Part shown: positions 57,886 through 64,000 of the stretch, piece after piece | Layout of the letters: each line of letters begins with the position of its first letter | Numbering within the stretch: position 1 is the stretch's first letter | Assembly (NCBI GenBank): GCA_964520585.1 | Contig: CAZFOO010000003.1 | Span: 21,169-85,168, forward strand | Length of the DNA stretch: 64,000 bases | Origin: an uncultured Bacteroidales bacterium | GTDB lineage: Bacteria > Bacteroidota > Bacteroidia > Bacteroidales > PUMT01 | Reading direction: 5' to 3' | Made by a program: the position numbers and the translations under genes | Notes under the pieces: generated by a model | The model's database searches: none | Told to the model about the DNA's origin: nothing | Seen by the model: the letters and a program-made list of their open reading frames with translations, nothing else

Positions 57886-60800
57886 TCAATAGGCTTCCAT
57901 CATCCTGTCCATATACTGGTTGAACTTTTCATTCATCATCTCCGACAAATCATTCTGTTCAAAATTCCTTGACATTCTTACCATCTCATTCATGAGTTGA
58001 AGCGAAGTACGCATCTCCTCATCAAGATGCATGGCCAGGCGCCTGGGAAAAGAGAGGTAATATTCCATTTCCGATGAAACAGTTTGAAAATAATCCTCTA
58101 TAATCTCATTTCCCTTAATGGTTTCTCCTGCATTATAATAGGCTTCTGCAACGGAAAGCAACATGAACTCATGCGGAACCTTATCTACCGGCATCAGTTC
58201 CATACAGCGGTCCAGCACCATAACGGCCGAATCGACTTTATTTTCTTCAATCAGGGCATTTGCCAGCCTGGCAAATTTATTCCTTAGTCTCAGGATGCTG
58301 AGCGTCCGGATATTATAATGGTCAAGATAAACATCTGGCTCATTCATCCTGCCCCAGTCATACTTATGCATGAAATTATCATACATCTTTTCGGTATTCA
58401 CCCTTCCATACTCAAAGTCATCACCTTCGCTACGAATGGGCACCAGCCGGAATGCAAACCCTTCAAGCTGGAAATATTCCTCCAGTCCCAGGGCATCTTC
58501 TGTTCCCCCGCTTATAAAATAAACAGGCCTTTCCCAGTCATTGTTTGCAAGCAGGTCAAGCACCATCATCTGGTTTTTTACCAGGTAGTTTTCGTCAATT
58601 TCCCAATCTATCGATTCAACTATTTCATCCCTGAGTTCCGGAGCAACTGTTCCGTTTTCAATCACCTTGTCAGGGTCGACTCTCACCCTGAACTTTTTTG
58701 TAGGTATGTAATCGACAAACCTGTTGCCTGATACCCGAATCTTGCTTCCGTCGCTGTCGCTGGCAATAAAATCCACCACCTGCTTCACATTAACGTGCTC
58801 ATCAAAACGTTCGACCATGTAAATAAGATTATTGGTCCCATCGAGGTATTTATGCCTGGGTAATGAAAAAGGAACCGGTGGAGAGTCGTTCATCCTTTTT
58901 TTCATCTGTTCGATATACCATTCGGCATTGAGCAGCATAAGGTTAACCACCCTGGCATCGGTACGTACACCCTCTACCTCCTGGGCATACCAAAGAGGAA
59001 AGGTATCATTGTCGCCGTGGGTGAAAATTATGGCATCGGGTTCGGTAGTATTAAGGTAATTAAATGCAAAATCCCTCGCGGTGAATCTTCCCGAACGGTC
59101 GTGATCATCCCAGTTCTCCGATGCCATCAGCCCTGGTACCAGCAATAGTGTAACCATCACGGCCAGAATACTGCCGGCCCAATGAGGCATTTTTTTCTTC
59201 ATCCATTCTATCAGCGAAAGCACACCCAGACCTATCCAGATGGAGAAGGCGAGGAAAGACCCTGCATAGGTGTAATCCCTTTCCCTGGGCTGAATAGGAT
59301 ACTGGTTAAGATAAATTATTATTGCCAGTCCCGTGAAAAAGAAGAGCATCAGCACTATGGCAAAATCATTTTTCTGCTTTTTATAATGGAAAAACAACCC
59401 GATGAGTCCCAAAAGCAGGGGCAATCCGTAATATAAGTTTCTCGCCGGATGGTCTGCCATATGAGGCGGCAGGTTATCCTGCGGACCCAGCCGCCATTCA
59501 TCCAGAAACCCTATGCCGGTAAGCCAGTTTCCTTTCAGCAGTTCGCCGTGTCCCTGCAGGTCGTTCTGCCTCCCCACAAAATTCCACATGAAGTATCTGC
59601 CATACATGTGCCACACCTGGTACCGTAAAAAGAACCTCATATTTTCCACGAATGTGGGGCGGGTGATCGTCTGTTGCTCCCCATCAACGGTTACCCTTAT
59701 CTCTCTTCCCTCAACCATTCCCCAGCGCTCGTATTCGCTAATGTGTCCCTGGCTGCTGCTGCTCCACATGCGTGGAAAGAACCCAGTGAATTCGTCGTGG
59801 TAAGTAGCCTCTATCCTTGGAGTTGTCTCGACATACCTGCCATCCTCCATTATATATTGCATCCGGCCCTCTTTAACATCCACCTGTGGTGCGGTATAAT
59901 AGGGTCCGAAGAAAAGCGGACTGGCACCGTACTGCTCACGTGCCAGGTAGGAGATCAGCCTGAATACGTTATTTGGTGAGTTCTGGTCCATAGGTGGTTC
60001 TGCCGATGACCTTATAACCACAACCGCATAAGAAGAATAACCTATCAGGACCATGGTCAGTCCCAGTATTATGGTATTCATTACAGCCATACGTTTCTTC
60101 TGGGTGTAATAGATTCCCCATGCCAGCAATATCCCCAGCAGTATAATAAAAAATAATATTCCGCTGTGAAATGGTAACCCGAATGAGTTCACAAAAAGCA
60201 GCTCAACAATACTGGCCATTCTTACTATCCCTGGTATGATAACATATACAAATGCACCCAGCAGGAGTACCGAAACCAGGGAAGCATAAAGTATGCCTTT
60301 GCGGGAAACCTCATATTTGCGGAAATAATAAACAAACACTATTGCCGGTATGGCAAGAAGATTTAGCAGGTGTACCCCTATAGAAAGCCCCATCAGGTAA
60401 GTAATGAGTATAAGCCAGCTCGCCGAATATTTCTGATCGGCCACATTTTCCCATTTCAGGATGGCCCAGAAGACAAGGGCCGTAAATAGTCCGCTTGTAG
60501 CATATGCCTCAGCTTCAACCGACACAAACCACTGGGTGTCTGAAAAACAAAATGCCATTGCACCGGTAAAGGCCGATCCGATCAATGCGAAAGTCTGCGC
60601 TTTGTCCGGTTCTTTGCCCGGTGAGATTATCTTTTTTCCCATGTGGGTGATTATCCAGAACAGCAGCATGACAGTAGCCGAAGCAGCCAGGGCCGACATG
60701 GCATTCATGAACATAGCGGCAAGGGAAGGGTCGGGAGCCAGCATGGTGAAAATTCTTCCCATCAGGCTGAAAAATGGTGCTCCGGGGGGATGGGGAACCT

Positions 60801-60942
60801 CCATCTTGTAGGCTGCAGTGATACGCTCACTGCAGTCCCACCAGCTTGCCGTAGGTTCAAGGGTCATAAAATAAACGGTGGTGGCAATTAGAAATACTGC
60901 CCAACCTGCAATAATATTAATCTTTTTGTAAGTTGACATCAT
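57886..60942 (-). CDS. DUF2723 (TMEM260-like, GT-C-type putative glycosyltransferase) polytopic membrane protein with a C-terminal helical/TPR-like region
   Basis: 1018 aa. N-terminus: AGWAVFLIATTVYFMTLEPTASWWDCSERITAAYKMEVPHPPGAPFF. More than 10 TM helices, a large soluble loop and a helical C-terminus. Confidence 0.8.
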   Translation of the reverse strand: MMSTYKKINIIAGWAVFLIATTVYFMTLEPTASWWDCSERITAAYKMEVPHPPGAPFFSLMGRIFTMLAPDPSLAAMFMNAMSALAASATVMLLFWIITHMGKKIISPGKEPDKAQTFALIGSAFTGAMAFCFSDTQWFVSVEAEAYATSGLFTALVFWAILKWENVADQKYSASWLILITYLMGLSIGVHLLNLLAIPAIVFVYYFRKYEVSRKGILYASLVSVLLLGAFVYVIIPGIVRMASIVELLFVNSFGLPFHSGILFFIILLGILLAWGIYYTQKKRMAVMNTIILGLTMVLIGYSSYAVVVIRSSAEPPMDQNSPNNVFRLISYLAREQYGASPLFFGPYYTAPQVDVKEGRMQYIMEDGRYVETTPRIEATYHDEFTGFFPRMWSSSSQGHISEYERWGMVEGREIRVTVDGEQQTITRPTFVENMRFFLRYQVWHMYGRYFMWNFVGRQNDLQGHGELLKGNWLTGIGFLDEWRLGPQDNLPPHMADHPARNLYYGLPLLLGLIGLFFHYKKQKNDFAIVLMLFFFTGLAIIIYLNQYPIQPRERDYTYAGSFLAFSIWIGLGVLSLIEWMKKKMPHWAGSILAVMVTLLLVPGLMASENWDDHDRSGRFTARDFAFNYLNTTEPDAIIFTHGDNDTFPLWYAQEVEGVRTDARVVNLMLLNAEWYIEQMKKRMNDSPPVPFSLPRHKYLDGTNNLIYMVERFDEHVNVKQVVDFIASDSDGSKIRVSGNRFVDYIPTKKFRVRVDPDKVIENGTVAPELRDEIVESIDWEIDENYLVKNQMMVLDLLANNDWERPVYFISGGTEDALGLEEYFQLEGFAFRLVPIRSEGDDFEYGRVNTEKMYDNFMHKYDWGRMNEPDVYLDHYNIRTLSILRLRNKFARLANALIEENKVDSAVMVLDRCMELMPVDKVPHEFMLLSVAEAYYNAGETIKGNEIIEDYFQTVSSEMEYYLSFPRRLAMHLDEEMRTSLQLMNEMVRMSRNFEQNDLSEMMNEKFNQYMDRMMEAY

Positions 60943-61259
60943 GTGTTGTCTTCAGTTAATGATCGATAATATCATCCGGAATAATAACAAAAATTTATCC
61001 ATTGGCGAAATTATAATATTTCTCCTGTAAAAAAGCATAAATTTTGCATTAAAAACATCAGGGGATCGAAGTTTCAATTGTTAAGTCATTTTTAAACCAG
61101 AACAAAAAATTTACCGGCACAAGATAATCTATTGTCCGCAATAAGGGTTTAAAATTTGTTTTTGCCCGGCACCGCCAATTTTTTGAATCACATATGTCTT
61201 TAAAGCTTAACTGATTAGGAATTGAAAGCCAAATTACTTAAGTTGCAGGAGAAAAGTTG

Positions 61260-61267
61260 TACTTTTG
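61260..61267 (+). promoter_or_regulatory. Candidate -7 promoter box (TAnnTTTG)
   Basis: TACTTTTG, 43 nt upstream of the ATG at 61310. Confidence 0.4.
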
Positions 61268-61309
61268 CGAATATTCGTGTTTTTAACAAATATTTATCAT
61301 AATTAATGT

Positions 61310-62755
61310 ATGGCTAAAATGAGGAATTACCTGTTTTTCTTTACCCTGGGCTTCTTCTTGTCCTGTAATGGCAGCGATATTGAAAGTGATGCCGCCTCAG
61401 AACAGGTATATGAGCCTGAGAGGATTTACGGACAGGTTGAGGGGTTACCTGGCAGGAAGATACTGCTTTATTCGCTTTATGGTGATGAGGTTATCCTTAT
61501 TGATTCTGTTATGGCTGAGGCCGGAGGCAGTTTCGAGTTTTATTTTCCTCCTGAAAGGGAAAAGGGCCTTTACCGGCTGGCCATGGGGAAAAATACTCTC
61601 CCCGGACTTCATGATGACCACAAACAGCAGCTTGATCTAATATGGAATGGTAATACCGTGGTTTTCCAGACACATTATGCTTCTCCTCTGGACAGCATGG
61701 AAATTTTAATTTCCGATGAAAACAGGCTTTACTATAATTTCTTGAGGACCATGCATGATTACGAGAGGAAAATCAGCGTTTTAAGCAATGCGCTGGTCAA
61801 TTATCCTCAGGATGACAGGTTTTACCGGCGACTGAAACGGCAGTACAACAGGGTTCAGAACCGACGGTCCAACTACATCGATAACCTGGTAAAAAAGAAT
61901 GAAGGAACAGTTTTTTCTGTTATTGCGCGGTTTCATAAAATGCCCAGGATAAGCTCACCTGCCACCGGTGAGGGGGCCGGGGAGCTAAGGGATCAGTTCT
62001 TTTTCGAGAACCAGTTTGCAGACCCGGTAATTCTGCATACAGACCTGGTTCCGGAAAAGATAATTCGTTATCTGTCCCTTTATAAGATAAGCGCCGGGAA
62101 AGATCATGAAGAACAGCAGGAAAAATTTATGTCTGCCATTGATGTAATTCTCCAACATGCCATTGAAAATGAGGAGGTCTTTTATTTTACGCTGGAATAT
62201 CTCATTAACGGCTTTGAAACCATGGAAGATATGGGTATGGTGACGGAATATCTTACCAGCCGGTACCTGCTTGGGGATATTTGTTTTGAAGAGGGAACAA
62301 TTGCAGGCTCACCGGCCGTTGGCAAGCCCGAACCGGGAGACATGGTTCCGGAATTCAGTTTTAGTTCTCCTGATGGGCAGATGACCGGCCTTTATGATGT
62401 CGAAGCCGAATATACGCTTATCCTTTTCTGGGGAAGCTGGTGCCCGCATTGCGGGGATATTATGGATGAACTGTACGGATTGTATTCGGAGCTTAAGGAA
62501 GAGCAGGAAGGTTTTTTTGAAGTTATAGCCATAGGAATAGAGGATGACGAGCAGGAGTGGCGCGACCACATAGAAAAAGGAGGATATGACTGGATTAATT
62601 ACAGTGCTTTCCGGCGTTGGGATTGTCCCGTTGCGCGTGATTACGGACTGGAGGGTACTCCCACCATGTTGCTGCTGGACAGGGAGAAAAGGCTGGTTGA
62701 GGAACCGGTAAGGGTAAGGTCTCTCAGCAGGTATCTTTCCCGGCAAATTGAGTAA
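61310..62755 (+). CDS. TlpA-like thiol-disulfide oxidoreductase lipoprotein with a large uncharacterised N-terminal domain
   Basis: Lipobox FFLSC. The C-terminal thioredoxin fold has the active site WGSWCPHC and GTPTMLLLD. Confidence 0.8.
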   Translation: MAKMRNYLFFFTLGFFLSCNGSDIESDAASEQVYEPERIYGQVEGLPGRKILLYSLYGDEVILIDSVMAEAGGSFEFYFPPEREKGLYRLAMGKNTLPGLHDDHKQQLDLIWNGNTVVFQTHYASPLDSMEILISDENRLYYNFLRTMHDYERKISVLSNALVNYPQDDRFYRRLKRQYNRVQNRRSNYIDNLVKKNEGTVFSVIARFHKMPRISSPATGEGAGELRDQFFFENQFADPVILHTDLVPEKIIRYLSLYKISAGKDHEEQQEKFMSAIDVILQHAIENEEVFYFTLEYLINGFETMEDMGMVTEYLTSRYLLGDICFEEGTIAGSPAVGKPEPGDMVPEFSFSSPDGQMTGLYDVEAEYTLILFWGSWCPHCGDIMDELYGLYSELKEEQEGFFEVIAIGIEDDEQEWRDHIEKGGYDWINYSAFRRWDCPVARDYGLEGTPTMLLLDREKRLVEEPVRVRSLSRYLSRQIE

Positions 62756-62884
62756 TAATTTATAATTTATCTCCGGTCTCCCGTATAATTATTCCGCATA
62801 ACAATCATTATCATCTGGTTTTTATAAGAGTTATTCGTTATTTTTGGTTTTATTAAAGATTGAGAATAGCTGAAAAGGTTGAAA

Positions 62885-64000
62885 ATGGCGGATAGTAATT
62901 TTCAAAATTCAGAGGCATCGTTGAGATCCAGCAATACCCTGCTCAGAATTGCAGGGGAAATTGCCAAATTCGGCGGCTGGGTTGTGGATTTGCGCGATCC
63001 TGATGACAGGAGCAGGCAGGTTCCGTCAAATGAAAGGATTGTTCACTGGTCCGATGTTGTTGCCGATATGCACGGAACCCCCAGAGGATATTCCCCCACA
63101 GTGGACGAAGCCTTAGGATATTATGCCCCCGAATGGAGGGAAAGGATAAGACTTGTTTTTAATGCATGTGTGAATGAAGGTGTTCCTTTTGATGAAGAAA
63201 TGGAGATCATTACTCTTGGGGGAGACCGCCGCTGGATAAGAACCATAGGAGAGGTAGTCAGGGAAAACGGGAAGATAGCTAAGGTACAGGGAGCCTTCCA
63301 GGATATCAGCCGGATCAAAAAGGCAGAAACGGAAATCAGGGAAAGCCAGGAAATGTTCCATGATATTTTCCGGAAGCACATAGCCATTAAACTTATTATT
63401 GATCCCCGAAACGGAAATATTCTCGAAGCCAATGAGGCGGCTGCCCGGTTTTACCAATGGACCAAGGAAGAATTGACCAAAATGAATGTTTTCCAGCTAA
63501 GTGCCCATCCTGTTGCCGAAATCAAAAAGGAGATCAGGCGGGTAACCGACTCTGAAAAAAATTATTTTACCTTCAGGCAACGGACTGCATCCGGACAGAT
63601 AAAGGATGTAGAAGTATATACATGTAAGATCAGGACCGGCGGAAAAGTTTTTCTCCATTCTATCATTCATGATATTACCGCAAAAAAAACTGCGGAGAGA
63701 GAGCTGAGATTGCTCAGCCGTTCAGTAGAGCAGTCCCCAATATCAATCATCATTACCGGAATAGACGGGAGCTTTGAATATGTTAATCCCCATTTCGAAA
63801 CCACCACCGGCTACTCCCTTGAAGAATTACGGGGTGAGAATCCGCGTATTCTTAAATCGGGGGATCATTCACGTGAATTTTACCGTGAAATATGGGATAC
63901 TATACTTTCGGGAAGGGACTGGACAGGCGAGCTGAAGAACAAAAAGAAAAACGGTGAATTTTACTGGATATGGGCTGTTATTTCGCCTGTAATAAATGAA
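62885..64000 (+). CDS. Multi-PAS sensor protein, N-terminal part (open at window end)
   Basis: Not in the ORF track because no stop lies in the window. Translated by hand from ATG 62885: 372 codons without a stop and at least three PAS-like modules (...ESQEMFHDIF..., ...LLSRSVEQSPISIIITGIDGSFEYVNPHFETTTGYS...GENPRILKSG...W.GEL.NKKKNGE.YW). Confidence 0.8.
   Translation, partial: MADSNFQNSEASLRSSNTLLRIAGEIAKFGGWVVDLRDPDDRSRQVPSNERIVHWSDVVADMHGTPRGYSPTVDEALGYYAPEWRERIRLVFNACVNEGVPFDEEMEIITLGGDRRWIRTIGEVVRENGKIAKVQGAFQDISRIKKAETEIRESQEMFHDIFRKHIAIKLIIDPRNGNILEANEAAARFYQWTKEELTKMNVFQLSAHPVAEIKKEIRRVTDSEKNYFTFRQRTASGQIKDVEVYTCKIRTGGKVFLHSIIHDITAKKTAERELRLLSRSVEQSPISIIITGIDGSFEYVNPHFETTTGYSLEELRGENPRILKSGDHSREFYREIWDTILSGRDWTGELKNKKKNGEFYWIWAVISPVINE

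Noticed and set aside
63113-63457. Two overlapping minus-strand ORFs (114 and 103 aa)
   Set aside because: They are antisense to the open-ended multi-PAS sensor gene that starts at 62885.

Overview
64-kb chromosomal segment that looks like a Bacteroidota (Bacteroidia-like, probably anaerobic or microaerophilic) genome. The taxon call is an inference from type A and type B T9SS C-terminal sorting domains, TAnnTTTG -7 promoter boxes, near-absence of Shine-Dalgarno sequences and the atpB-E-F-H gene order. All family calls come from reading motifs in the supplied translations; no homology search was run. Layout: (1) 1-6.6 kb housekeeping: ATP synthase F0/stalk genes, a bactofilin, and fabH-plsX-rpmF-DUF177. 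(2) 6.7-11.6 kb: CheY-like regulator, orphan ABC ATPase, YidE/YbjL-type transporter, cvpA, tRNA-Arg(CCT). (3) 11.7-13.0 kb: a more AT-rich two-gene cassette beside the tRNA, made of a PIN nuclease and an unassignable 260-aa partner. (4) 13.4-19.4 kb stress genes: DUF190-crcB, a truncated BlaI remnant, Fur/PerR-like regulator with katG, and BlaR1/BlaI. (5) 19.6-22.6 kb: second bactofilin and a DUF134 / Cys-rich micro-ORF / NifX-like / DUF5320 / MBL-fold cluster of unknown function. (6) 22.8-32 kb: signalling genes, a 5-prime-nucleotidase, a GNAT, and a GH16-like repeat protein whose catalytic motif is degenerate. (7) 33.2-40.3 kb co-oriented nitrogen-oxide cluster: Rrf2, ferredoxin fusion, DUF1360, hcp, cupin, nrfH, nrfA. 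(8) 40.4-57.8 kb: three giant T9SS cargo genes, namely two tandem PKD-array paralogues with type B CTDs and a divergent 1836-aa protein with a type A CTD. (9) 57.9-64 kb: DUF2723/TMEM260-like membrane protein, TlpA-like thioredoxin lipoprotein, partial PAS sensor. No CRISPR array, rRNA, transposase or integrase was seen. The candidates I rank highest for novelty are the tRNA-adjacent PIN cassette, the DUF134/NifX-like cluster, the giant-adhesin locus with its neighbouring DUF2723 gene, and the degenerate GH16 repeat protein.
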